A stretch of DNA of 59,796 nt, filler included, from Sphacelaria rigidula (taxonomy: Eukaryota): the NCBI GenBank assembly GCA_964200075.2. It is 4 parts of 4 records of this genome, joined end to end, with 100 filler letters (N's around TTAATTAATTAA, not from the genome) between each part and the next. Parts side by side here need not be neighbours in the genome. Positions count along the whole stretch, not along the records: positions 29,956 to 44,826 come from CAXNAA020002010.1; positions 44,927 to 59,796 come from CAXNAA020002011.1; 2 more parts are not named here. One strand, 5' to 3'. The number at the start of each line of letters is the position of its first letter. Within the stretch, counting starts at the first letter, position 1. The position numbers and the translations under genes are program-made. Shown one piece after another: positions 35,701 to 48,425 of the stretch. The notes below the pieces were generated by a model. The model did not search any database. It worked only from the letters and a program-made list of their open reading frames with translations, and was not told the DNA's origin.

Positions 35701-38592
35701 CGACCTGATTAGTACCTCCGTTCTACATTTGAAAACTTCAAGGCCTGAGCATCAAAGCTAATTGTTTTCGACGGCAATCGACGCGGTGCAAAGATGCTGA
35801 TCCTACCACCACGTCCCGGTGGTCGAATTGTGCAATTGAACCTCATGAGGCCGGAAATATACGGCTGTGGTTCCGGGGAGATGCCCTTGCATATTATTTT
35901 GCTGACAATCTTTTGATTTCTGTCGTTGGACACGTGATAATGTACATGGCAAAAGAGATTATCTCACAAGTGTCGACCGGTGCGGAAGTGCTGATCCGAC
36001 CCGCGATGCCCAATTGCAAGGCGTGCGCAGGGGGGTGGGGGGTGGGTTGATATCTCGAGATCACGGACTCGTCTTGAGGAAGGAAAGGAGTTGGAATTTT
36101 GCCAAAACTAAACTCCGCGAGACCAAAATGTAAGGAGTGTAGCAAGGGAGAGATGGGTTGATCTCTAGATGCTGCGAATTTATCCAGAGGATGCGGTGGG
36201 GTTGGGGTCCAGAGTATGCTGGGAAAACAAAACAAAAAGTACGCTAGCTTGACCGCCGGATATCGATCACCCCCCATCCACACTACACTCACTTTATACT
36301 CACCGGATCTATATCAGTTTGAAAGCCGGCAGGCCCTCAGTCCCCCTTCCCCTCGAACGACTTTCCGTCTCTCGTTTCTCACCTCACTTTTACTGCTGCG
36401 TGTTGCCATGCTCTCAACGAACAGAAGGTGCGATACCACCCACGGGCCAATTCACGGCTCAGCAGGTGAAGCACGCCCGTGACCTTAGACAGGCTGCTAA
36501 GCAAAAAGTCCTTGAACTCTCGCGGGAAGAAGATGAGATTGATACCAATGAGACGGGGGAAAAGGCCACCGCAGACGATGACGAGGGCAGCCCTCTACCC
36601 AACAACAAGGGCAAGGGAAAGAAGAGAGGTAGAAAACAACCGAGAGGGGAGGACAAGAACAAGATGGCTAGGACTCACGAGCTGCTTGGGGTGAGAATTA
36701 CAAAATACGTATGTGATGGCGAACAAGAGTATAGGTCTTCGCACCGTAACACCCTCTCGGGCGGCATGGGGGGGTGCGGCTGTATCTCACGCCCGATTAT
36801 CCCGACACTCCATTATATTTATTTACGAGACAATATTTGTCGTTAAAACGGTGTTACCCGCATCCGGTGATTGACGACACCTGTCGGGGTGATCTCATGA
36901 GGAGTGGGTTCGCATCCGTGAACAGACTCCAATGTTTGAGGATCGAAGAATAGGAAGAACCACCCCATCAACTTTAGTGCTGCGAATGTCGTTGTAGCGG
37001 CCCAGTGATACTATGAGAATGAATTCGGTATATTGCGTGCTTTGGTGATATTGAGGCCGTATTGCACAGTTGTGAGGGGGATTGTTCATTTGTGTGGATT
37101 TGGAACCTGATCACGCGGAGAAATGGTCATCAACTCATTTCGGTTGCATGACACCCAATCTTGGTTGCTTCGTGAATTTGTAGCAAGCAGTGTCTGTGGC
37201 CACCATAGGTTGTGCGTTCCCTTGAACAACGTCTTAGATTATTCGCTACCCTCTAAGCGATTAGGTTAGGGATCCTATTTTGCCCGGATGATTCAACAGT
37301 GCCCTCAGGAAAAGATCCCCTCGTGTTCAGATGTTGGTTTCTCGGACTCGTGATCTTTGATCATGACCAAGTAGGAGACAGATAGTCACGAACAAGCTTG
37401 AAAAATTCTGTACTACTATCCACCCACTACCCAGGCGTGGTATACTGCTGTGAATTACCTTCCGTTACATCGCTTGTCCCCGATACATGTTTGCTGCCTG
37501 CCCCATACAATGCTTGTTGTGTAAAAAAAAACACGAAACAGACACCTCGGGCGTCGGAATCACGGTCTATCGAAACACTGAGAGCAGCCATGGGAGATGC
37601 GGCTAGCGGCGGCGGAGCCATGTCGTCTGAGATCGGATGTCGGTCATCCCCGGTCACTGTGGCCGACAGCAAGAGACCGCACTCGGCCGTTCCACAGCGC
37701 GCTGCACCTGTAGGGATTACGTCACTTTTTCTCTCTACTTGGGGAAACGACGTCAAGCTACGCGAGGGTTCAATGGAAGACAAGCACCGGACGGTACTCG
37801 CAGCCGGAGGAAAGGGGATAATGGGAACGACAGACAGCATAGGGAGATCATCCTTTAAGAGCGGAGCTCGCCCCTTGACATCCAGCTACATAATGCCCCC
37901 CAGCCAGGCCATGAGCTTCCTCAAGCCTTGCACCGCACCCCCAATGTCGAGCTCTACCTGTATCAATTATAATCAAACCGGGAGAATTTTGAGTGCAGCC
38001 GGTGCCACGCGCGAGAAACTACTCCAACGTGCTTACGTTATACCCGAGGGAGAGAACAAACTTATGCGCGGTGGAAGCGGGGCAGCTGCGGCTCTCGGGA
38101 GCGTGGGTCGGGTCGAGCCACCCAAGTGGATCCAGTCTTTGAACCAAGATTCAACTTGTGTTTCTTCTCACGGCCAAGCCGGAATGCCTCATTCTGCTGG
38201 TGAGCACCTTAACGGGAACACGGCCAAGTCAATCGTTGCAAGTGCCGTGAGAGGTCGGTGCGAAGCCGGCATTGAGGTTGGCGGAAAGGGATGCATGAGT
38301 GGCGAGGGCAGCGGCGTCAGTGGGCCAGGAGGGAAATTTCAGGAATCTCGTCAGCAGCCAAAGTCTTGCAAAGGGTTGGGTCTGAAGGACTTTATTTTCC
38401 TTGACGAGGCGAGTTCGTGCTGATTTGCATTGCTTCAGTTGGTCTGTATGGCTATGAACGATTGCGTGACTCATACCTCACGGGATCAAGTCTCGGCACC
38501 CACTGCAAATTAGATATTCTCCACATCATGTACATTAAAACATGTCTGGAGAGTAGCGATTGGTGGAGGTATTATACCTGGTAGTCCACGTG

Positions 38593-38629
<37 letters not shown>

Positions 38630-40963
38630 TCCGCACATTAGTCCGATCTCGCGAACCCGTGGTCACAGACGTAGGTATGGGATCGAAATTTTCATGGCGA
38701 AATGAAGGCCAAACAATTAGCGTTTCCGCCACGATACCGGGCTTTGGCGTTCTCCGTATGACACGAGTTGGCGGTTCTGATTCTAACGTGAAGAACATAC
38801 AGTAACTCTGGTCAAGTTCGGATCCTACGATCGGCTTCAGAAAGGATACCTTTCCCTCCTTATTAGTTTGTCTCAAACCAGAAGATGTTCCATTCAGGCA
38901 AACTACCTGACAACATATGCAAACGTTTACAGTTGGAAACGACATTCCGTGCCTGCTTTTTCGATTCGATATCATCCGGCGAAGTTACCGAAACCCTTCC
39001 GTCGATTTTTGACGACCGACACTACTTGAATACACCAACCGTGAGTTTTGGAGACTGATCAAGTGTGCTGATGACGCTGTAAATTGTCGAAGAATACACT
39101 ATCGACAAAGGCATGATGCTCCCACGAGTATGAGCTTAGATACTTGTTTGGATTGCGCTGACTAAACAGTCAGCCCTGGTGGTCAAAAGTGCGGAATACT
39201 AGGAGCTTTTGCCCGATCTGAAGCTAAGTCATGGGAGATAGCGTCGAAGAACGTAGTGTGAGGAAATATGATTCGCGTTGGCCGTCATTGACAGATTCAT
39301 AGCAAGACTAGCGGTCGGAGTCTCCCATTTACCGTCAATGATGCGTCAACATAATGTTCCGACTCTGGCCTAATGTGTTTTCCCGTGATTAATACCCGCA
39401 GGATGGTGATGAATCTGATATCGTAAGTGGAGGAATGCCGAGGACAGACTCAGCGGGAGAGGGGGCCGACCTCAAAGCTCCAAGTAAGTGTCATATCCGC
39501 CTTGTTTCGCACAATGGTCTGAGGTCATCGTACGGAGTGTCCCTACCAGCAACGTGAGAGAGCAATACGTACTGCCATGCACCTAAGGCACGATGTAGTC
39601 AGAACTGCTGGTCATCTCTCAAGCACATGTCACACGTTTGCACAAGGTGTATTGTTCACTTTGTGTGCATCCGTATCGATTTTACATCGTCTCTTAATAG
39701 CCGAGCACTCCTGTTGATCTGAACTATTTCTTGTTGACCGAGGATCAATACACAGTGCGTCGTCACCTGCTCTAATTCAAGGGGTTGCCGGAACTCGAGT
39801 ACCTCGACACACCTCACCCTCCTCGAAATTTGCAAAACTCCTTCACCGCTCCTAACAGTTCTTGATGCCGCATGCTCGTCAAGTACTCGCTCTTCCCGCC
39901 CGAAAGTCCACGACCATTTGACTCCAGCCCACTCTCAAGAACCGTTTGACACCAGACTCAACTCGGCTGGGTAGTTGCCATGACCATGTCACGCCCCCCT
40001 CTCCCCAACCTTTAATCTCTTCTTCTATCCGCACTTGTTCCCGTATTGTCTGATCCGGTTGACATTTCATGACCCGTCCAGCAGCAAGTTTACTCGCGAG
40101 CAAGTGGACGATACTGGAAGGTTGTGCTTTGCAGCTCTTGAAGTGCATGGTATCAGACGTTTTCCAAATCAAGTTGTTCGTATTTCTGTGAATCACGGTC
40201 GAAATTGCGACCTGTTTTCTCCTGATCTTCTCTGTCCATTACGTCAGTGCTTAACCCGGGCATCGGTGCCCCACCGACGAGAATCGAACACTGGCACCAG
40301 AACCTTGGCAACGCAGGGGCTCATGACCAGCCCTACGCGCTCAGGCACCGCATGTCCGGATATATCTCCAAAGGGATGTCGAGGAATGACAATGGTGCGA
40401 GTGGCGACGGCAGCAACCATTCATATGAGACAGGTCAAACCTACGAGCGGGGGATGTCGAGCCATAAACTCAAAAATGGTGTAGGCGGTGGGATTTCCGG
40501 TGGGGGTAGTGGGCATAGGGGTAAGGGTGTTGGTGAGGCTAGACAAGGTTTGCGGAGGACGGGTGCCACGTGCACTCCCATGAAAGCAGTCATCGTGGAG
40601 GGAGCCGAAGACTGGATGCCTTCGACGGGGTTCGGCGAGGTCACAAACAGCTGTAAGGCGAACCCCACACACTCCACCGGACACGTGAATGATGATGCTT
40701 GGGTCAGGGGTGTCGGTGTTGCCGGCATTGCTAACAGGAACAACTGCGACATAACCGCATCATCACGGGAGTCCTTCGGAGTTGCTTTCGGGAGCACACC
40801 ATGCCCGCCTATCACGCAGAGTCCAAATGACTGCCTCGACTCACTATCTACCGATAACGATATTTCTAGCTTTCTCAACGAGAACGCTGATTGGAGCGAC
40901 TGCTACTCTGAGAAATCGGACCCTTTTTACGACGTTGCTTTCGACGACTTTGACGACGTTTGA
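32787..40963 (+). CDS. Fungal-type Zn(II)2Cys6 binuclear-cluster transcription factor, 5'-partial (~684 aa visible); exons 32787-32910, 36425-36690, 37542-38408, 39402-39483, 40248-40963
   Basis: The first visible exon, VKCVITSSAGCTSCLRKCVSCLFSMKLTPGP, supplies Cys3 and C-x2-C-x6-C of the Gal4-type cluster; Cys1-2 are presumably upstream of the contig start. Intron phases 1,0,0,1 give one open frame. A basic NLS-like stretch KGKGKKRGRK and an acidic/aromatic C-terminus DWSDCYSEKSDPFYDVAFDDFDDV are present. The third visible intron uses a GC donor (GAG|GCGAGT). Confidence 0.72.
33950..34272. repeat. Degenerate array of ~14-bp CATCCCAGATGGA motifs in both orientations
   Basis: Repeated ACATCCCAGATGG / CCATCTGG units resume at 35495-35565, after the RTE insertion. 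Confidence 0.6.
34273..35495 (-). mobile_element. 5'-truncated RTE-like LINE with (CAAT)n tail, intronic
   Basis: The minus strand gives a decayed C-terminal ORF (…PSKRIVF…GVEVKGTHGWMVTAKNTGKWHLGVEKGVKEVEEAWR), a T-rich UTR, GGATAATGACCATGG and a (CAAT)4 tail, seen as (GATT)n at 34276-34291. A similar 3' end lies on + at 28590-28675. Confidence 0.7.
38594..38675 (-). mobile_element. Very short retroposon 3' end with (TAA)n tail; second copy on + at 42161-42230
   Basis: CCTACGTCTGTGACCACGGGTTCGCGAGATCGGACTAATGTGC(G/A)GAAA(TAA)n is present twice in opposite orientations. Confidence 0.75.
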
Positions 40964-43900
40964 TGTGGCTTACACACGCTGTCATTTTCACATCGCGCGG
41001 GTCATTCTTGCGTGAAAGAGGTATTACAACTCTATGGTTCCTCGGTCGTGTAGCCGCTTGCTTGAACTCCATGAAAGTCAAGTATGCTGTGAGCTCATAA
41101 ATAAGAAAGAGAGCAGCAATTAATTACGTAGTACATAGCCTGTTTGTCGCCCGGACGCGGTATTTCCGCTGGAGGGCGTGTTGTGGATTCCGTAAAAGGC
41201 AAGGACTTACTGAGCACTGTTTGTTGTCGGGTGTCGCTGAGGAATGCTGGGTTTTCGGGAGCCAGAGTCGCAAGCTAAGTGGATGTATACCGTTACAAGC
41301 GGCTATTGTGAATTAGAAAGAGCGCAAAGTGTGTCTGCGTGTCGCATCGGTTGGTTTGTACACCGGCGATCAAGAGTGGCTGTCTGCGTTTCTGTTGCCT
41401 GTCAGAGAGCATGAAGGCATATATGGTGGAAACGGTTGTCGTCGGCATCACTTTCGCAGTGGAGCTACTGGCGAATAAGAAAATGAAAAAGAGAGTAGAG
41501 GGCACGATGGTCGGATATAATGATATTGTGCACGGGTGTGCCGTTCCCGACACACGATGTACACGAGCAGCGGTACAGCGAGACAAGAGATTCCGGTACA
41601 ATTTAACGACGGGTATTAAAACAAGAGGGTGCACAGTTGGGTAGTGCAGCCCGCTAATTAGCGTGTGACAAGTCGAGGTTGTATAGTAGTCCTTGTATGG
41701 CTTCTCGCAGCCCCTGTAGCATCTTTGGTCAGGGTTCCTGAGCACGGTCTAGACCAATACGGCATACGCCGAGTATGCTTCCGCGGCAAAGGCTGTTTGG
41801 TTGTCGTTTCTAGCCAACATGTAGGGTCATATCAGGAGCTTGCGTGCGCAGGAAGTCGGACTACATGAAGGGGATGGGTGTTGTGCCTTACAATAAACAT
41901 ACGGGGTGTACTTGAATGATTGAGTTGATGTTTGGGGATTGCCGTTATCCTTCCTGTTCCCTCCTCACTTCCATTCCTGACAGTAGAGTGTGTCTCCTTG
42001 GGTATCGCAAAATTTTTCTCACTGTGGCAAGTCTTTGTCTACGCGGAGCCGTGACCGAAAAGCAGTATATCCTGCCTATGTGGCGTCGCTCTTCTTATTT
42101 TTTATTTATTTTGGTAATGTGTCTGGTGAGGAATAGCAGGGACGGTATTGGAAAGGCAAGCCTACGTCTGTGACCACGGGTTCGCGAGATCGGACTAATG
42201 TGCAGAAATAATAATAATAACAATAATAATGTGTGTGAGAGCAGGGTGTGAAGCAGCTGTGGTTGTCGTGTTTTCAACGCGACCCGTGTACCGTCAGAAT
42301 GCCGCGGCCGATTCATTTGGTGATTATATGCCTATGCTCTTACCGGTAGCGTGTATCTTGGATCTGGAACTGAGGAGCCATCGCCGCCATTAGGACAGAT
42401 GGCTGGCTTTGCCAGCGCGAGAGATTGCTAGCACTAGTGCGAGAGGTTTCACTCTCCTTCTCCAGTCGACTAAGACTGCTTGAAAGGTGTAGATTCGTCG
42501 GCTTAGGATACTTATGTGTGCCATTACCTTTTCATGTACAGCATATGCCGTATGTTTTCTTCCGCTGACTTCGTGTTTCTGCCTTGTATGCATAGGTTCT
42601 CTGAGACGTGTGTACCATAGTGGAATTGGTGCCCCTTGTCAGTTTGATGGATGACCCCCGTTGTCACTGAGATCCTGCAGCCCTTGGAGCTATGCCTTTA
42701 GCAACAATGCTGTGGCGTACGATATATAGTATCCGTGAGTCAGACTGATAAAATATTTCGGTTGTAAGTAGCTGTCCCATTGTATCAGTAATGTGAGCTT
42801 CAGCCTTATTGGGGACTGCGCCGTTTACCTTGAACATATGTGAGATGAGTATGGTTATTCTAAGCGCCGACCGGGTATAATCCATTCGCTGAGTCCGTGC
42901 AGCAGTCGATCCGCACGTACTCTACTGTCACCTTCTAGACAGGGTAGAGGAGATAGAGCTGAATTTTTGCGATGGCGCGCTGCATCAGCGTGATGCATAC
43001 TTGCCCCTTGAAGTCAACCGCCCTTGACTATGAGTAGTTCTATTCATAGCATTCATCTTCAGCAAATAGTTGCACGTTAACCAACGTATGGCAGCAATCG
43101 TGCATTTTGTTTTCGCCGCATTCTCGGGATATTCCTAGGACAATACACTATTCCGAGTATTCAGATTCACTCGGTTTTTCATGTAAAATTGTTTTCGTTC
43201 CCATTTGTGATAGTCTTGTGGGGGGGGGGGGGGGGGGGGGGGCTGGGCGGGAAACAAAGCCGAAGCTGTCTGTGCCGACAGGAAGGGGGGGAATTCTCCN
43301 NNNNNNNNNTGTGTTGTGTTCTTTTTTTGGGGTGGGGGTGGCGGTGGGGGGGTGGTGGGGGGGGGGGGGGGGGGGGGGGGGGGGGTGTGGGGGGGTACGC
43401 TGAGCGGCAATCAACGCAGTCACCTATTGGTCCACGAGGAAGGCGAAGAATTCTCCTTCTCCGACTTGTCGCACATCCCCAAATGGCCAATGTTTCTGCG
43501 CTATACTACGCTCCCTTGCTCTGCGTGCTAGGAATTCCCTCCGCCCTCCGTAGAAAAAACGTTGACGCAACGAAAGTGTACATGTGTCAGTATATCGTGG
43601 CGCAACAGTCGACGTACTCACGATTAAACAACAGCACCGTCTAGATAACGCCCCCGATACACCAAGCAGATTGTCAGTCCATTCACAAATGTGTTGTGTG
43701 TGGGAGATGTGGACGGTTTGTTCCCACCACAGTAGCTTGACCGCATCCTCGTGTGATGCACACCTGAGAATCAGAGGCGTCGCTGAATGTTGCGCGGGTG
43801 CACAAAATGCGTCCACCTTGTTTTTCGAAGGACGAGCATTGCTACAAATCACGAATCATAACGCGGTGCATTGAGATTGGGTCCCTTTCAGCTCCAACCC

Positions 43901-44826
43901 GTAGATACGAGTCTTGATTAATCAACAGCAGGTGCTGCTGATATTTCGCCTGTGTGCTTCACCCCTGATTTGGCACTCTTAGACCCTAGACGTCTCCTTC
44001 ACAAGACGTCCGTTGATGGACAACGCTGGTGCTCCACGATAGCGCAGAGCTGCCCGGCAATGGCAATTCCTGAAATGTATGTTCATTGCCTCGTCGGGGA
44101 GGATTGGTGTCGACATGCGTTTTTTAAGTAGTCCGCGACCCGCTTACGCGTTCGAGATTGGTTGGTTGCCGGTTGGAAATGAAAAAATGAGGCGTCAATC
44201 ACGGATGACACGTATGTCCGTGAAGATAGGATCATCTCTTCGTTTTTCGATTGGAGCTCATTCCCCGGTTTAAAACCTTGTTGATTCCAACAACGAGCTA
44301 TTTGTCCAGCGCAACCGAACACGCGATCGAGGGGTTATTCGACGGCGAGCCAATGCCGCACAAACGATGCAATCTCATGGGATATTGGCGGATTGGTGAG
44401 GGTAAGGATGGTCGCCTGAGACTGCGGATTGGTCCCGGGCAAAGGTGCGAAAAAGAACCGCCTCAGACAGAAGGAGTTGATGGTTACAAAGAGCCGCTTC
44501 AGTTCAAAAGGGAAACCGAAGTTCAGATTTGGGCGACGCATGTTGTGAAAAGTTCCGAGAAGCAGGAAAAAGGTTGCGCTAATTGGGAGCGATTTTGGGG
44601 AAGTCCGAACTGGGGGTAACCACCCCAGGCAACAGAGGACGATCCTGTCGCTGGGCTGAACGAAGGCTGGGACCAGAGTTCCTCAGTCCTGATAAAGACA
44701 ATTTTCAGCTATAATGATGTAGCTTCTGAGGCCGAAGGAACGGAAGACACTTACTATAATAGCCCAGGTGTCTCTGGAACTGGCGATACCAGAACATAAG
44801 GTAACTCATCGGAGGCTGTCATCCAG

Positions 44827-44926
44827 NNNNNNNNNNNNNNNNNNNNNNNNNNNNNNNNNNNNNNNNNNNNTTAATTAATTAANNNNNNNNNNNNNNNNNN
44901 NNNNNNNNNNNNNNNNNNNNNNNNNN
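44827..44926. other. Artificial contig-joining spacer N44-TTAATTAATTAA-N44
   Basis: Identical 100-nt spacer. Confidence 0.97.
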
Positions 44927-45179
44927 GGGTGACAAGGATTTTCTCCTCACTGGCCAATTACCTAGCGCACTAAACATATAAGTCCCCCCCCCCCCCCCGT
45001 AGCTAAGATGGTGTGTGGTGATGACGGTACAATGTACCGGCCTGTAGTTAAACTTGCTGGTTTGCCTGCTTTACGGTACAGCTGGTTTACGCACCATCGC
45101 TCCAGAATCCATTCTTCTTCCTGGCTCGGTAGCAACATGATAAACCATCATGACGTGTCACGTGACAGCCATATCTAGG

Positions 45180-46405
45180 CTAAGTGACATTAATTGGCGT
45201 ATGTTCAATACATGGAATTTTGAACTTCTTCGCAACAGTATGTGACGTTCTGGGCGCGGATTCCTGAACCTCCCAACCGGGGAAATGTAGATCAAGATGC
45301 TCTTGAACGCAGTCCCGCGTGATGCTGTTTCCCTCGTTCAGTATTGTCATCATCATGAGCTTTGTTGAAGTTGCAGTAGGCTGGCAGTTTGTCATTTAGC
45401 CAAGGGCGCAGTTCTACTGACACCGAAATGAAACACTGCTGTGCATTGCCCTCGGGCGCAGCTACTTGCCTTGTTTGAAACGTAAATATATTGGCACCAC
45501 TTTTAGAATGGACGCGGAGCTTTGGAACATCTAATAAACCAAGAGCCCAAAATGCTGGCATTTCATGGAAGCTCCTGTCAAAATGGGATAAGCCCGTTGT
45601 GATGGGGCACCTTGTGCTATTGCTAATTGTCTGTTGTCTCGTCAGTACGTACTGAGTCCAACTTGCGACATTCAGAAATGGTAGTCCAGCCCTCGTGCTC
45701 TGCAACTTCAACACACGAACTGTTGATCTGACTCTTTCCCCTCAGTACCGGAGCTCTAGCACACGAGACAAGCGCAGTTTAACTACATCGCAGCGTCACC
45801 AGTATCCACCGGACCAAATTGTCATAGACGGTGTCAAGGGCTCAGCATAGCATGCGAACGTCCGTTGTAGCTAGCCGTCGCATTCGATGTCGCCAAAGAG
45901 AAATCTGATTGACCCTACATCAGCTCGTCAAAACTTCTCACTCTCGACTGGAAAGTTTGTAGCATTCCAGGCGTTCGATTGATGAACTGTCCCTTTCACT
46001 TGTTTCTGACCATGATACCAATCCCGCTACCAAATTTGTAGCCACACCTTTGTTCATCTCGCCATTTTCACTCTCGTGTAGATCCAGTGAGCACCCTGTG
46101 ACCAGGTGTTGATTGCTTTTATGCAGTTTACCGCCTTCGTTCCTGAAAGAGCAAGGCATGGCAAACAGGGTTCGCCTTGTTTGCGATTTGTGTCCCGATA
46201 CCTAGCAAGATGAGTCGGGGTTGTCGCACGGTGTCCCATCTTCCTCCAAGTCATCATCGCTGGTGCTCACGAATCCACTGCATTCTGACGCCCCGTCAAT
46301 GTCATCGAAGTGTGTCACGAACGACTCATCTTGGTTATAGGGGGGAGAGAGCGAAGATGGGTTCTCAGCCACCCGAATGCGGCTCACAAGCCGGTCCGCA
46401 GTCCT
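45180..46405 (-). pseudogene. Decayed coding-like region of unknown family (possibly a transposase remnant)
   Basis: A chain of same-strand ORF fragments (46387-46202, 46159-45938, 45714-45292, 45395-45180) is broken by stops, with one apparent GT-AG intron near 46201-46143. No motif was recognised. Confidence 0.3.
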
Positions 46406-48024
46406 GATGGCACGGCCACGGTTATGTGATTGAAATGGCAGGTTTACGAGGATGAGAACAAGGGAGAGACTAGATTAGTTCATGCATGTGGCATGCAACA
46501 TCTTGGCTATGCTGGGTATGATATGTCGGCTCAATGAAGCCGATAGGTGAGGATCAACACAAGAGCACACCATTACGGCTAGGAAACGGGGCTACCCTTG
46601 CCGGGAATATTCCTTGGCCGAGCACGGCAAAACGCGGTTATCCGACGAATGTCTACCGCGGATGAACAGTACGAATGGCACCAAACGTTGAAATTCGTAC
46701 TCTCTCAATCATATGCAGGAATATATAGCTATATGGGATTTTCGAGCTCCACTGGATGCACATCCATGTACGAATTTCGAATCGGGTACGTGCAATATTA
46801 AAGTGGCGTGGAATGAAGGAGTGCTAGAGAGGGTCTGGGTGACGCGGCATGAACATGTTCTTGAGAAAACAAGGGGCAGATGCCATAGTGGTGGAATCAA
46901 ACGGAATAAAAATACCTCTCCCCGTTCCACCACCTGCACTACATCGACGTACAATTGACAGGAGAAATAGGCTAAAAATGGGTAACCAACGCCGAGAACG
47001 AGCAGGAAAATATGCAGAATGGCTTGGCTAGCGTCGTTCAAACCTATGGACATGTACTGCACAAGCATTTTCCAGCAAGGTGGGATCACAGAAATTAACG
47101 TGATCTTCGTGAAATCTAGTGAGGGGCAAACGTTTGTCAGGACGCAGGGACCGTCATGAAGTACTTCGAGGGTCAAACGGTGGATCAAACATCCAAGAAT
47201 TGAATAATATATATATATATATATTCGAAAACGCGAAAGAAACGGTCCAAGCATCGAAACATCTTCGAAAAATAGTGCAATTGCAATCTCCGGCCGTGAA
47301 GTTTGGTCTCACTTATCCCCACCAGGCTCCATTGACTATCTGAAGAATCTCGTTTTTACACCAAAAATATCGATCTACGTCCATTCGGTGTGGAACAAAA
47401 CTGCTCTGGTCTCAGAATTTCTGGTCGACAGTGGACTCTTTTTTGCGGATAGGTTCTATTTTGAGGATAAGCGAGGTAGCACATTACGACCGGAGACCAC
47501 GTTTGCATGTTTTTCAAGATAAGTCGATGCGCCTTTAGGTTCCCAAGACTCATCCTCAAAAATCAAAGTTCATCTGCAACTTGCATAATCCTGTGCTACA
47601 TACCGATGATTCCAGAGAGACTGTTTTGTTGTATTCGGGGTTGGTGAAGAAAATCATCTGACCGGCCGATACTCATGGGGAATGTGTGCCAGCGGGGGCA
47701 GGGAAGGGAAGGGATTGGGCAATGCAAGCCGGTTTGGATGGACAAGAAGCAGAGTGTCCGTGGTGGAAGAGATAGAATCGTTGCTGTCAACGAACTCAAT
47801 TGGCGGAATCGCCTTTCTTACAAAGCTTGTATTACAATTACGTTACCGTCGAAAATGACATAACCGACATCAAGAACGGCCATGCGGTATTCCGATATAT
47901 TTCCCGCGATCATACCCTCTTCCGATCCACCTTCTTCCTTTCCCGTTGACCGTGAATTTGCTCAAATATTCTTTGTGGGCTGTGACGGTTCAAGAGATGA
48001 CCAACTAGACTACTGACCAGTCAG

Positions 48025-48425
48025 CGCTGACTGGTCAGTAGTCTAGTTGGTCGTCTCTTGAACCGTCGCAAAAGTTAGCCGCTGGTTCGATTCTCGTCGA
48101 ACGCACTTTCTTTGAAGAAAAGAAGAGGAACGAAAATCTCGGTAAAAATTGACCCAAAAAGAAAAAGGGTGGGGTATAGCCTGGTAGCTATGTTTGGAGT
48201 GTACTGCTAAGGACCCCAGTGCACACACTCTGGAAATGAGTGGGGGCGACGAGGAACTCTTGTATACGGTGAGAGGGAAAACATTAGAGGTCCTGATTGC
48301 AGTCGGTAGAGCGCTGGCAGGGGGCGTCGCTCTCCTCGGAGTGAAAGTGACGGGGATCGAACCCCCACGAAACACTGTTGATACGGTTTAAGAAACAACC
48401 AACTAGACTACTGACCAGTCAGCGC
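48025..48425. mobile_element. ~400-bp MITE with ~42-bp TIRs, abutting a second TIR copy to form a 90-bp palindrome (47981-48070)
   Basis: CGCTGACTGGTCAGTAGTCTAGTTGGTCGTCTCTTGAACCGT ... ACGGTTTAAGAAACAACCAACTAGACTACTGACCAGTCAGCG. Confidence 0.75.

Noticed and set aside
36425-40963. Downstream exons as the missing C-terminus of DNAJC2
   Set aside because: They lie on a different contig beyond an artificial spacer, show no zuotin middle domain or SANT motifs, and phase-match the Zn-cluster exon instead.
43107-43644. Gly/Pro-rich ORFs around long G-runs
   Set aside because: They arise from G homopolymers flanking a 10-N scaffold gap (43300-43309), which is low-quality sequence with no coding signal.
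44251-44826. 122-aa ORF at the end of contig 3
   Set aside because: It has no recognisable motif or convincing splice structure, and adjacent frames are interrupted by stops, so I cannot support a call.
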